Positions 25,685 to 35,111 of a stretch of DNA of 64,000 nt are shown here, one piece after another. The position numbers were made by a program, and so were the translations under genes. Source of the DNA: Phycisphaerae bacterium (lineage in GTDB: Bacteria; Planctomycetota; Phycisphaerae; UBA1845; Fen-1342); assembly GCA_028279405.1 (NCBI GenBank), contig JANQNU010000026.1, positions 10,985 through 74,984 on the forward strand, given 5' to 3'. The notes beneath the pieces were generated by a model. It searched no databases and was not told the origin of the DNA. It saw only the letters and a program-made list of their open reading frames with translations. Numbering within the stretch: position 1 is the first letter of the stretch; every line of letters starts with the position of its first letter.

Positions 25685-26998
25685 ATGGATTGCTTTCAGT
25701 ACCGCGAAGGGGCACTTTGGACCGAGGAAGTAGCCGCGACTACACTCGCAGAACAGTACGGCACTCCGCTGTATGTCTATTCGCAAGACACGCTGCTGCA
25801 ACACTACGAGCGGATTCACACGGCGTTTGCCGCACTCGATCCGATGATCTGCTACGCGGTGAAATCGTGCTCGAACATCCATATCTGCCGACTGTTCGCC
25901 GAGCGCGGCAGCGGCTTCGACGTCGTCAGCGGCGGCGAGCTGTATCGCGTGCTGCAGGCCGGGGCCGACCCCGCCCGCGTCGTGTTCGCCGGCGTCGGCA
26001 AGACCGAGCGCGAGATCGAAGAGGCGCTCGCGGCGGGGATCGGGCGGTTCAATGCCGAGTCTGTCTCGGAACTCGAGCAAGTCAACGGGATCGCGACGCG
26101 AATGGGCCGGGCGGCACATGTCGACCTGCGCGTCAATCCGGACGTCGACGCCAAGACCCACGCGTACACCACCACGGGCCGGAAGGAGAATAAGTTCGGC
26201 GTCGCGATCGAACAGGCGCCGTCCGTGTTCGACCGTTTTCGCGACAGCGTCGGCCTCAAACTGCGCGGGATCCACTTGCACATCGGATCGCCGGTCAATG
26301 ACGTGCAATCCTACGTCGCGAGCATCGAACGCGGGCTGGCACTGATCGACACGCTACGGCACGGCGGACATCCGATCGACACGCTCGACATCGGCGGCGG
26401 CTTCGGTGCCTTTTATGAAGGGCACGAGGCGCCCTCGGCCCAGGACTATGCAAACGTCATCGTACCGTTGTTGCGCGACCGGGGCTTGCGGATCATCATG
26501 GAGCCGGGACGCTCGATCACCGCGAACGCAGGATTGCTGCTGACACGCGTGCTGCACGTCAAGCAAGCAGGCACGCGGCGCTTCGTGATCGTCGATGCCG
26601 CGATGACCGAGCTGATCCGACCGGCACTGTACGGCGCCTATCACTTTGTCTGGCCCGCCGTCGCGGCGCAGCACGTCCCCGAAACGCGCGCGGCGCAGCA
26701 ACCGTTCGCGGACCTGGTTGCGAGTGATGTCGTCGGCCCCGTGTGCGAGAGCGGTGACTTTCTGGCCAAGGAGCGCGGCTTGCCGCCGGGCATCGAAGCC
26801 GGCGACCTGATCGCGGTCTTCTCGGCCGGTGCGTACGCAATGGCCATGGCGAGCCAATACAACTCGCGGCCACGGCCGGCAGAGGTACTCGTCGACGGCC
26901 AAACGAGTCGGGTCATTCGTCGACGGGAGTCGTACGCGGACCTGATCGCGACCGAGTTGGACGCCAACGCGGCCGTTACATCGGCAACGGCGAGCTAG
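25685..26998 (+). CDS. lysA: diaminopimelate decarboxylase
   Basis: GTPLYVYS, CYAVKSCSN (PLP lysine), SGGELY, HLHIGSP, DIGGGFG, EPGRSI, GPVCESGD. Confidence 0.9.
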   Translation: MDCFQYREGALWTEEVAATTLAEQYGTPLYVYSQDTLLQHYERIHTAFAALDPMICYAVKSCSNIHICRLFAERGSGFDVVSGGELYRVLQAGADPARVVFAGVGKTEREIEEALAAGIGRFNAESVSELEQVNGIATRMGRAAHVDLRVNPDVDAKTHAYTTTGRKENKFGVAIEQAPSVFDRFRDSVGLKLRGIHLHIGSPVNDVQSYVASIERGLALIDTLRHGGHPIDTLDIGGGFGAFYEGHEAPSAQDYANVIVPLLRDRGLRIIMEPGRSITANAGLLLTRVLHVKQAGTRRFVIVDAAMTELIRPALYGAYHFVWPAVAAQHVPETRAAQQPFADLVASDVVGPVCESGDFLAKERGLPPGIEAGDLIAVFSAGAYAMAMASQYNSRPRPAEVLVDGQTSRVIRRRESYADLIATELDANAAVTSATAS

Positions 26999-27003
26999 AG
27001 TCG

Positions 27004-27978
27004 ATGAAACGACTGGAAGGCATGGAAGATTACGCGCCGCCGACGGGCGGTTCGGTCGTTTCGATCGGGAACTTCGACGGCGTGCATCGCGGTCACCAGT
27101 GTATCGTTGCACAAGCCCGCACGCTCGCTCAGGATCACGCGGCCGATGTCGTGGTCATCACGTTCGAGCCGCACCCCGTCCGCATCCTGCGCCCGGAGCG
27201 CGGCGTTGATCGGCTCACGGCGCCAAACGAGAAACAAGCGCTGCTGGAACGTGCCGGCGTTGACGCCTGCCTGACGTTGCAGACGACGCCCGCGCTGCTG
27301 AGCCTCGAAGCGCCGGTTTTTCTGCAACAGGTAATCGAACGCTGTCGCCCGAAGGCGTTCGTTGAAGGCCCCGACTTCAACTTCGGTCGCGAGCGACGCG
27401 GCTCGATCCAGACGTTGCGCGCGCACGCGCCCGATCACGGATACAGCGTCCACGAAGTCCCGGCGGCGGTTGCGGAGCATCTGCCGGGAATGCCGCGCGT
27501 CAGCAGCTCGGCGGTGCGAGCCGCGATCCTCAGCGGACACGTCGATTATGCGCTCGAGATGCTCGGGCGGCCGCATCGGCTGACCGGGACGGTGGTGCTC
27601 GGCGACGAACGCGGCGGAAAGCTCGGAATCCCGACTGCAAATCTCGCAAAAGTGCCGCAGGTCGCACCCGGCGAAGGTGTGTACGCGTGTACTGCACAAC
27701 TGACCGATGGGCGGTGTTTTGCCGCCGCGGTCAATGTCGGGCGGCAGCCGACGTTCGACCAGTACGAGCCGCGAATCGAAGCGCATCTACTCGACTTCGA
27801 AGGCGCCTTGCGCGGTGACCGACTCGGACTCTGGTTCCTCCGCCGATTGCGCGATGTCCGAAAATTCAGCAGCCCGACCGAACTCGTCGAGCAGATTCGC
27901 AAGGATATGCTCGAAACTCGTCAATCGCAGGAACTCATGCCGGACAGCCTGCGCACGACCACGCTCGACATCGAATGA
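27004..27978 (+). CDS. ribF: bifunctional riboflavin kinase / FMN adenylyltransferase
   Basis: SIGNFDGVHRGHQ, FGRERRG, GTVVLGDERGGKLGIPTANL, IEAHLLDF. Confidence 0.9.
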   Translation: MKRLEGMEDYAPPTGGSVVSIGNFDGVHRGHQCIVAQARTLAQDHAADVVVITFEPHPVRILRPERGVDRLTAPNEKQALLERAGVDACLTLQTTPALLSLEAPVFLQQVIERCRPKAFVEGPDFNFGRERRGSIQTLRAHAPDHGYSVHEVPAAVAEHLPGMPRVSSSAVRAAILSGHVDYALEMLGRPHRLTGTVVLGDERGGKLGIPTANLAKVPQVAPGEGVYACTAQLTDGRCFAAAVNVGRQPTFDQYEPRIEAHLLDFEGALRGDRLGLWFLRRLRDVRKFSSPTELVEQIRKDMLETRQSQELMPDSLRTTTLDIE

Positions 27979-27990
27979 ACGCAGCGCCCA

Positions 27991-29220
27991 CTACGGGCGC
28001 TGGAAGAGCGCGTCTAGCGTGAAGTGTCGCGCCCGATGCTCGCCGGCGTGCTTCTTCCGCGAAGCCAGACTCAACCAGAGATCCTTTTCCCGCGGGCGCG
28101 CCACCATCGAGTGAATCGTGGTCTCGTTGGCGACGGACCGAAGGATCTTCCAGGCACCATCGACGTCAAGGCTCTGGTCCGCCTTGCGCAGGCTGCCCAC
28201 GATTCGATCGTAGCGCCAGCAGGGCGGCGGCGCCGCGCGCAGACGGTAGTGGTTCGTGCAGGCGATCGCGTGCGGAACTTCGGTCGGCTGCGGTACGCGC
28301 ACGGTAACGCCGTCACTGACATCCAGCTTGCCGTCGTACTCGTAGACGATCGCCGCCCCTTCCGCGGTGCTCGGACCGGCAACGAGGAAATTGTTGCCGC
28401 ACAGCGCCGGGTTTTGGCGCAGGGCATCGATCGCCGCGACCGGCCCGTTGCGTCCCGCGGCGCGCTCGATCAGGTCGCGCAACACGAGACCGCGGGGAAC
28501 GATGCGGATGCCCTGGAAGACGGGTCGCGCGCCGACGTCGTGCATCGCGGCGACCACGCCCTCGTCGTTCATCGCGGTGTAGGCCCCGATCAACCCCGGC
28601 CACGCCACCGAGATCCATCGACGACGCTCATCCTCGTTCTCCGTCCGCACGATGATCAAGTGCTGATCCTTGAGGCCAGGAAGGTCGAGATAGTCAAGGT
28701 TGCGGGCGACGATCGGACCGCCGTCCGTTGTCCGATCACCCCAGGCCACGAAGCTCGAACAGCCGGCGGAGACGACGTCCGCCATCGCATTGAGCGCAAA
28801 GAGATCATCCACATCCAGCGCGCGGTCGAACCGCGCGAGCTTCAGCTCGCGCGCTCCCACCCGGTCCCGGATGCCCGCCAGCATGCCTTCGAGTTCGGCA
28901 CGATGGGTATCCGGCAGTCGAAAGATGTTGCGGAGGAAGTGCCCGCGGACCAGCGCTTCGTAGCGCGTTTCGTCCTCCACGATTCGGGGATCCTCGAGCA
29001 ACATCCGGAGCGTTCCGACGATTCGGTCGCCGAGCAGGTAGCCGTGTGCGTAGCCTTGCTCTCTCGCCGATCCCCACAATCGCAGGATGTCCACCCCTTT
29101 TTCGCGGCGAAGATCGCCGGTGAGGCCGGACTTGGGCGTCCCGGCGGCAAGGGTCGCCGTCAGCGTGAGAACCGCCGTCAAGCGAACGAAATGATGGCAG
29201 CACGGCCAGCGGACAAGCAT
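27991..29220 (-). CDS. peptidase C45 / acyl-CoA:6-APA acyltransferase-like Ntn-hydrolase family protein, secreted
   Basis: Signal-like N-terminus. SAGCSSFVAWGDRTTDGGPIVARNLDY matches the autoproteolytic Cys region typical of C45 / choloylglycine-hydrolase-like proteins. Confidence 0.7.
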   Translation of the reverse strand: MLVRWPCCHHFVRLTAVLTLTATLAAGTPKSGLTGDLRREKGVDILRLWGSAREQGYAHGYLLGDRIVGTLRMLLEDPRIVEDETRYEALVRGHFLRNIFRLPDTHRAELEGMLAGIRDRVGARELKLARFDRALDVDDLFALNAMADVVSAGCSSFVAWGDRTTDGGPIVARNLDYLDLPGLKDQHLIIVRTENEDERRRWISVAWPGLIGAYTAMNDEGVVAAMHDVGARPVFQGIRIVPRGLVLRDLIERAAGRNGPVAAIDALRQNPALCGNNFLVAGPSTAEGAAIVYEYDGKLDVSDGVTVRVPQPTEVPHAIACTNHYRLRAAPPPCWRYDRIVGSLRKADQSLDVDGAWKILRSVANETTIHSMVARPREKDLWLSLASRKKHAGEHRARHFTLDALFQRP

Positions 29221-29337
29221 GAACGACTCCTGCGTTGAGAGCTCAACTCGCTGCGTGAATGTTATTCACCTTCCGCACCATCGGCCAGACCGTTACGTCG
29301 GATGGGTTGGCTGACGACGGAATGGGCAGACGATGTC

Positions 29338-30075
29338 CTAGCGGAGCGTCTCCGAGCGGACCCGCGCGCAGTCGGCAAAGACGGGCTCATCAGCGCTGTA
29401 TCGGTCGGCAGCGTTCGGCGTCTCCAATGCCCGCAGCACGGCGCTGTGCAGCTCATACTGTGAGGCGTCCAACGTCAGATCTCGCAGGGCGTGCTCGAGG
29501 CCCTCGGTGACTCCCGCCGCCGCGATCATCGCGACCCGATCGCGTTCGGTTTCGTGCCCGGGGATACCGGAGTGCAGCGCCGCGTCGCATGCTTCGCGGG
29601 AAAAAGAGGTCCAGCCGCGACAGCCCAGTGGGCGGAAGGGGTGGATCGTGCACTCCCCGGCACTACCGAGCAGCGCACAGGGGACGCGCGCCGCCGACCG
29701 CTGCTCGATGGTCATGTGTGATACGCGCGCCGAAACATCGCGCAGGCGCGCCCGAAGTGACTGCAATTCCGCTTCACTCCGCGTCGCACGGAGCCGCTCC
29801 GCGATCCACAGCGCTTCGGTTGGCAGCAGCGAAACCGCGATGTGGCAGCAGGCCGCGCAGCCGGCCTCGCAGGCCTGCCTGCTTCGCGTCGGCGACTCGG
29901 CCGCGTAACGTTCCATCCGAGCGGCGGCGTCCTCGGCGATCACCATTACCGGCAGGGGGGTCGTCTGCGACGAAACCGCCACCTGCTGGCTCTGGACGAC
30001 CTTTGCCGCCAATTGCTGCTCGGCTTCGAGACCCGCGCGCGTCGCTGGCGATCCATGCTCAGACACGGCGTTCAC
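29338..30075 (-). CDS. YkgJ-family (CxxCxxCC-type) cysteine-cluster protein
   Basis: CEAGCAACCHIAVSL, then PCALLGSAGECTIHPFRPLGCRGW, which is the two-part Cys signature of the putative Zn/Fe-chelating YkgJ family. The start abuts the META gene stop. Confidence 0.7.
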   Translation of the reverse strand: MNAVSEHGSPATRAGLEAEQQLAAKVVQSQQVAVSSQTTPLPVMVIAEDAAARMERYAAESPTRSRQACEAGCAACCHIAVSLLPTEALWIAERLRATRSEAELQSLRARLRDVSARVSHMTIEQRSAARVPCALLGSAGECTIHPFRPLGCRGWTSFSREACDAALHSGIPGHETERDRVAMIAAAGVTEGLEHALRDLTLDASQYELHSAVLRALETPNAADRYSADEPVFADCARVRSETLR

Positions 30076-30594
30076 TCACGGCCCGCTCGCCGAGGATGTG
30101 ACGCCGGGCGCTGACGGGGATCGGGCCAGTTGACGAAAGCGCAGCAAAGGTCGTCCGGCCGACATCAGCTCCAACAGGCCGCCTTCGGCAATAAACGCGT
30201 CCACTGACACGAGTGCGTCCAGATAGCGGCGCTCCTGGTCCATCAACGTTTCCGGGCCCGCCATCCGCGTTGCTGCCGGCTGGTCGAAACGGATCTCGCC
30301 GCGGCCCAGCGTTGCGCCCGGGAGCGTATAACGCCCGGAGAAACGGTTCACGCCGGCGAAACCCGAGACCTGTCCCTCCAGTTGAAGCTCCAGCAAGAGC
30401 GGCTCGTCCGACCGTGGCGGCATCCCGGTGAGCGAGACCAACGCCCAACGCGAGCCAACCAATTCTACCGGCGGCGGTTTCGGCGGCTCCGGTCGCGGTC
30501 CTCCGCTCGACGCGCAACCTGTGAGGCACACGCCCAGCAACAGCGCCATCCCGACGCTCGTTCGGTCTCGCTTACCCAAGCTGCATCGCGTCAT
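30076..30594 (-). CDS. META-domain (HslJ-like) lipoprotein
   Basis: Lipobox LLLGVCLTGC. WALVSLTG...GFAGVNRFSGRYTL...FDQPAATRMAGPE...ERRYLDAL is META-domain-like. I trimmed the start to the ATG at 30594, which has GAGGGT upstream; the ATG at 30549 is also possible. Confidence 0.75.
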   Translation of the reverse strand: MTRCSLGKRDRTSVGMALLLGVCLTGCASSGGPRPEPPKPPPVELVGSRWALVSLTGMPPRSDEPLLLELQLEGQVSGFAGVNRFSGRYTLPGATLGRGEIRFDQPAATRMAGPETLMDQERRYLDALVSVDAFIAEGGLLELMSAGRPLLRFRQLARSPSAPGVTSSASGP

Positions 30595-30739
30595 TCCGTT
30601 ACCCTCGCCGTTCGTCCTCGTTGATTGCGCCGCGCGGGGCGCGTCTCGCTCGCACACTATAGCGGTTCCCGTCCCAGCGAGCCCCGACTCCAATAAAAAG
30701 GTCCAATAACTAGTCACTAGTTCGTCTCGTGGTCGGGTT

Positions 30740-30769
30740 TTGGAGATCGCGGTACGTTTGCCCTACAAT
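30740..30769 (+). promoter_or_regulatory. sigma-70-like promoter candidate for the S8 protease gene
   Basis: TTGGAG (30740-30745), an 18-nt spacer, then TACAAT (30764-30769), about 120 nt upstream of the ATG at 30891. Confidence 0.3.
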
Positions 30770-30890
30770 TGGGCGGCACGTCCGGTGGCCTGCATTCGTA
30801 TCGAGTCGCTGGTCGGCGTTGCCCCTCCGATCAAAGAGCCGGGAGCCTCGAGTCGAGCGAGTCGAGGCGAAGCGAATAGGAGCCTCTTCC

Positions 30891-33800
30891 ATGTCTCAGC
30901 CGAACTGTCGTCGGTTTGTCGGCGTTGGTTTGTTGGTCACGTTGTGTTGTACGGGGATCGTTCGGGGTCAAACGGACGATATTCGCTGGCGCAACGAGCG
31001 TGTCGTCTCGGTACCGGTCAGCGACACGCCGACAGCGCAGCTCGTCGCGTTGACGAGCGCGACCGAAGCGCGACATGTGCTGGTGCGTCTCGCGCGTCCG
31101 GTGACCGCATCCGAACGAACGGCACTGCGGGATGCCGGCGTGCGGCTGTTGCGCTACGTTGATCGGAATGCGTGGTTTGCCACCCTGTCGCCGACGACGG
31201 ATGCCGCGACGGCGGTTGCGGCCGGGCCGATCGTGGGTGTGAGGGGCATCGATCGCGGAATGCGCGTGCACAGCGCACTCGACCAGCCGGATCGGCCGGG
31301 CTACATGTCGGGTAGCGGCGCGGACGGGATCGAGCGCGTGGCGTTGTACGCACGGTTTCACGAGGATGTCTCGGCCGCGGAACAAGAAGCGATCGCGGCC
31401 CAGTACGGCGCGACGATTCGGTCGCGGCTGGCTGCGTTGAACACGCTGGTGCTGGAGATGCCTGCTGCGCAGCTTCAGGCGTTCGGCGAAGAAGATGCGT
31501 TGCAATGGGCCGAGCCGCCGCTGCCGGCGTTGAGTGAGAACAACGACAGCAACCGCGCCATCACACAGGTCGAGCAGTTGCAGATGGACGCGCCGTACGG
31601 CCTTGACGGCACTGGCGTGACGGCGATGGTCTTTGACGCGGGGGTCGCCTCGGACGTGCACCCCGATTTTGGCGGGCGGATGACGGTGGGTGAGCAGGAC
31701 GGTGCGAGCAGCCATGCGACGCACGTTGCGGGGACGGTCGGGGGCAACGGCTTGGTCAGCGATGGACAGTTCCGCGGTATGGCCCCGAACGTTCGGCTGA
31801 TTTCATACGCCTTCACCGGCAATATCAACATGCCGACGCCGGACGGGCCGTTCTTTCTGTACTCCGATCCCTCGGACATTCTCGATGACTACACGGAAGC
31901 CATCGCGACGTACGGAATCGACGTCGTCAATAACTCGATCGGCACGAATGCTTGCCGCAACGGCTTTCCGTGCTTCATCACCGGCAACTACGGGATCACC
32001 GCGGCGCTGATTGACGAGATCGTGCGCGGTGCCGCGGGCGCACCGCTGCGGGTCGTCTGGTCGAACGGAAACGAGCGTTCGTGCTCGCGCTGCCGCAACG
32101 AAGGGCACACGACTGAGGACGGTTATCATTCGACAGCGCCGCCGTCCTGTGCGAAGAACCATATCACGGTCGGCGCGCTGAACTCCAACGACGACAGTAT
32201 GACCAACTTCTCGAGTTGGGGGCCCTGCGATGACGGCCGAATCAAGCCGGACATTTCCGGACCGGGCTGCCAGGCGACCGGCGACTTCGGCGTGACGTCG
32301 TGCAGCCTCACGGGGACGTACTTCAATACTTGTGGCACGTCGATGTCCGCACCGACCGTCACCGGTATCTGCGCGCTGATTCTCCAGGACTTCCGCACGC
32401 AATATCCGAACCGACCGGAGCCGGTCAACGCGACATTCAAGGCGCTGCTGGCGCACAACGCGGCTGACATCTTCGAGGTCGGCCCGGACTACCGTAGCGG
32501 GTATGGCTCGGTTCGCGCGAAGGATACAATCGACTTCCTGCGAACCGGTAATTTCGTCGAGGACATCGTCGGCAACGCCGAGATGACGGTCTTCGATGTA
32601 TGGGTGGCGGACGACGACACGGAGCTAAAGGTCACACTTGCCTGGGACGACGCACCGGCCGCACCGAACGCGCTCATCGCGCTGGTCAACGACCTGGACC
32701 TGCGTGTCTTCGACCCGCAGGGTGCGCAGTACTTCCCCTGGACGCTCAACCCGGATGACCCGGCCGCACCGGCGGTGCAGACCGAAGAGGACCATCTGAA
32801 CAACATCGAGCAGGTCGTCGTGAACGCGCCGGCGCCGGGATTGTGGCGGGTCGAGGTGCTCGGCTTCAACGTGCCCGAGGGACCGCAGGCCTTCTCGATC
32901 ACGGCCGGTCCGCGGCTTTCGTTCGACTGCAACGACAACGACATCCCCGACGAGCAGGAGATTACGCAGAACCCCGACCTCGACTGCGACATGAACTTCA
33001 AGCTCGATGAGTGCGAAGTCGATTGCGACGGAGACGGGCTGATCGACGCGTGCGAACTGTTGACCGGAGAGGATACCGACTGCAACGGAAACGGCATTCC
33101 GGATTCGTGCGAACCCGAGGCGGACTGCAACGACAACGGGATTTTTGATCCTTGTGACATCGTCGCCGGTACGCTTCTCGACTGTAACGACAACTTCATC
33201 CCGGACAGCTGCGGCCTCGAGCCCGACTGTAATGAGAACGGCGTCCCCGACGATTGCGACATCGAGTCCGGCGTCGAAACGGACTGCAACGAAAATGGTG
33301 TCCCGGATTCGTGTGAGTTCGCCGATTGCAACAACAACGGGGTGAACGACACGTGCGATATCCTGCTCGGGTTCAGCAACGACTGCAATGACAACGATAT
33401 CCCCGACGACTGCGATCCGGTCGATTTCGTCTACGTCGACGCCGCCGCGCCGGGTGACCCGTCGCCCAACGACTCGAGCATGAGCGATCCGTTGGAAGAC
33501 GGTACCCAGGCACATCCGTTCGACGCGCTGCAGGAGGCGATCGACGCGGCCGGGTGCAACGTCAACGTGTTCGTCGCGGACGGGACCTACAGCGGGCCGG
33601 GCAACAACAATCTCAACTTCAACGGCAGCCCGGTGGCCGTGCGCAGCATGAACGGACCGGCAAACTGCATCATCGATCTCGACGGCTCGGTCGGCTTTAC
33701 CATCGCCGCTGACGAGGGCCCGGGCACCGTCATCGAGGGATTGACGATCCGCAACGGCGTGGGCTCCACTGGGGCCGCGATCATCTGTCGCAACGGAACG

Positions 33801-34805
33801 CGCCCGGTCGTTCGCAACTGCGTCTTCGAAGAGAATGATTCGCTCTCCGGCGGCGCCGCGATTCACGCGATTTCGCAGTCCAAGCCGCTGGTACTGGACT
33901 GCACGTTCCGCGCGAACACCAGCCGGCGCGGCGTTGTCTATCTACAGAACAGCAACGCCAACTTCGATCGCTGCCGGTTCGAGGCGAACGGTGCCCGCGC
34001 GTTCTACATGCAGGTCTCGAGCCCAACCATCTCGCGAACGATCATCCGTGACGCAGAAACGACCGTCGACGGCGGCGTCATCTTCGCCACGTCGCCGAGT
34101 GAAGCGTTGCTCCGCTATTGCCTGATCGAAGGAAATCACACGACGCGCACCGGCGGCGTGGTTCAGGCGACCACCGGGAGTGTCGTACGGTTCGAGAACT
34201 GCACGATTCGCGACAACGCCGCGGACGCCGGCCCGGGCCTGGCCACCACCCTCAGCGGCGAGGTCGTCTTCCACAACTGCATCCTCTGGAACACGACGTC
34301 CGGCAACGAAACGCCTGCGATCCAGCTCTCCTTCGGAAGCGAGGGCACGGTGCGGTTCTGCGACATCGAGGGCGGGCTGTTCGCGATTTCCGCCGACCTG
34401 ACATCTTCATTCCTGTGGGAGGACAATATCGACAGCGATCCGCGCTTCGATGTCCTCGCGGGCACCGGCTATACGTTGCACCCGGCGTCGCCGGCCATCA
34501 ACGCCGGCGATCCGCTGTCCGTGCCCCTGGCCGCACAGTTGGACCTCGACGGCGATCCGATGATCGTCGGCGGGCGCATCGACATGGGTGCGGACGAGTT
34601 CGCTACCTTCGCGTTTGGCGACACCAACTGTGACGACGTCATCAATACCGAGGATATCGAGGCCTTCGTCACCGCGCTCGTCAATCCGCAGCAATACGCG
34701 CTCGACTACCCCGATTGCGGCCCGATCCTCGCGGATATCAACGGCGACGGCCGGCCCTCCGTCAGCGACATCAACGCATTCGTCGAACTCATCCTGGGGC
34801 AATAG
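30891..34805 (+). CDS. large secreted subtilisin-family (S8) protease with Cys-rich acidic repeats, a parallel beta-helix region and a dockerin-like C-terminus
   Basis: ATG at 30891 with AGGAG upstream. Signal peptide MSQPNCRRFVGVGLLVTLCCTGIVRGQ. Catalytic triad contexts VFDAGV (Asp), HATHVAGTVGG (His), GTSMSAPTVTG (Ser). It has 10 DCNxNGIPDxC-type repeats and PbH1-like beta-helix segments (GLTIRNG, IRDNAADAG). C-terminal GDTNCDDVINTEDIEAFV...ADINGDGRPSVSDINAFVELILG. Confidence 0.9.
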   Translation: MSQPNCRRFVGVGLLVTLCCTGIVRGQTDDIRWRNERVVSVPVSDTPTAQLVALTSATEARHVLVRLARPVTASERTALRDAGVRLLRYVDRNAWFATLSPTTDAATAVAAGPIVGVRGIDRGMRVHSALDQPDRPGYMSGSGADGIERVALYARFHEDVSAAEQEAIAAQYGATIRSRLAALNTLVLEMPAAQLQAFGEEDALQWAEPPLPALSENNDSNRAITQVEQLQMDAPYGLDGTGVTAMVFDAGVASDVHPDFGGRMTVGEQDGASSHATHVAGTVGGNGLVSDGQFRGMAPNVRLISYAFTGNINMPTPDGPFFLYSDPSDILDDYTEAIATYGIDVVNNSIGTNACRNGFPCFITGNYGITAALIDEIVRGAAGAPLRVVWSNGNERSCSRCRNEGHTTEDGYHSTAPPSCAKNHITVGALNSNDDSMTNFSSWGPCDDGRIKPDISGPGCQATGDFGVTSCSLTGTYFNTCGTSMSAPTVTGICALILQDFRTQYPNRPEPVNATFKALLAHNAADIFEVGPDYRSGYGSVRAKDTIDFLRTGNFVEDIVGNAEMTVFDVWVADDDTELKVTLAWDDAPAAPNALIALVNDLDLRVFDPQGAQYFPWTLNPDDPAAPAVQTEEDHLNNIEQVVVNAPAPGLWRVEVLGFNVPEGPQAFSITAGPRLSFDCNDNDIPDEQEITQNPDLDCDMNFKLDECEVDCDGDGLIDACELLTGEDTDCNGNGIPDSCEPEADCNDNGIFDPCDIVAGTLLDCNDNFIPDSCGLEPDCNENGVPDDCDIESGVETDCNENGVPDSCEFADCNNNGVNDTCDILLGFSNDCNDNDIPDDCDPVDFVYVDAAAPGDPSPNDSSMSDPLEDGTQAHPFDALQEAIDAAGCNVNVFVADGTYSGPGNNNLNFNGSPVAVRSMNGPANCIIDLDGSVGFTIAADEGPGTVIEGLTIRNGVGSTGAAIICRNGTRPVVRNCVFEENDSLSGGAAIHAISQSKPLVLDCTFRANTSRRGVVYLQNSNANFDRCRFEANGARAFYMQVSSPTISRTIIRDAETTVDGGVIFATSPSEALLRYCLIEGNHTTRTGGVVQATTGSVVRFENCTIRDNAADAGPGLATTLSGEVVFHNCILWNTTSGNETPAIQLSFGSEGTVRFCDIEGGLFAISADLTSSFLWEDNIDSDPRFDVLAGTGYTLHPASPAINAGDPLSVPLAAQLDLDGDPMIVGGRIDMGADEFATFAFGDTNCDDVINTEDIEAFVTALVNPQQYALDYPDCGPILADINGDGRPSVSDINAFVELILGQ
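32925..33416 (+). repeat. in-frame coding repeat array: 10 copies of a D-C-[ND]-x-[ND]-x-[ILV]-x-D-x-C unit
   Basis: DCNDNDIPDEQ, DCDMNFKLDEC, DCDGDGLIDAC, DCNGNGIPDSC, DCNDNGIFDPC, DCNDNFIPDSC, DCNENGVPDDC, DCNENGVPDSC, DCNNNGVNDTC, DCNDNDIPDDC. The DNA motif gactg(c/t)aa(c/t)ga(c/a/g)aa recurs throughout. Confidence 0.9.
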
Positions 34806-34839
34806 CCTCGGCTCCTGCCATCAGACAGCCCGTCCCGTC

Positions 34840-34859
34840 GGCGCTCCACCGGGAGCGCC
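34840..34859 (+). terminator. perfect 8-bp stem-loop 35 nt after the S8 protease stop
   Basis: GGCGCTCC-accg-GGAGCGCC. No T-run follows, so terminator function is uncertain. Confidence 0.35.
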
Positions 34860-35111
34860 TCGGGGCCTGCGCTTCGGCCTACAAAGTTTGACACGTTCGT
34901 TGTGGACGACCACGTACCGTTCGGGCACCCTAAACGGCAATGCACGCTGGCGCCCCCGTCTGCGGTACGGGTTACGGCACTCGTATCCGGCGCTCGACGG
35001 CGGTACGCTGGTGTGATCGGGGATGTCTGCCCCAACGACGTGGGCGCCTAAGACGGTGGATACGGAACGGCGCCAGGAGTCGATCGGCCGCCAGTGGAAC
35101 AGGAGAAGCGG

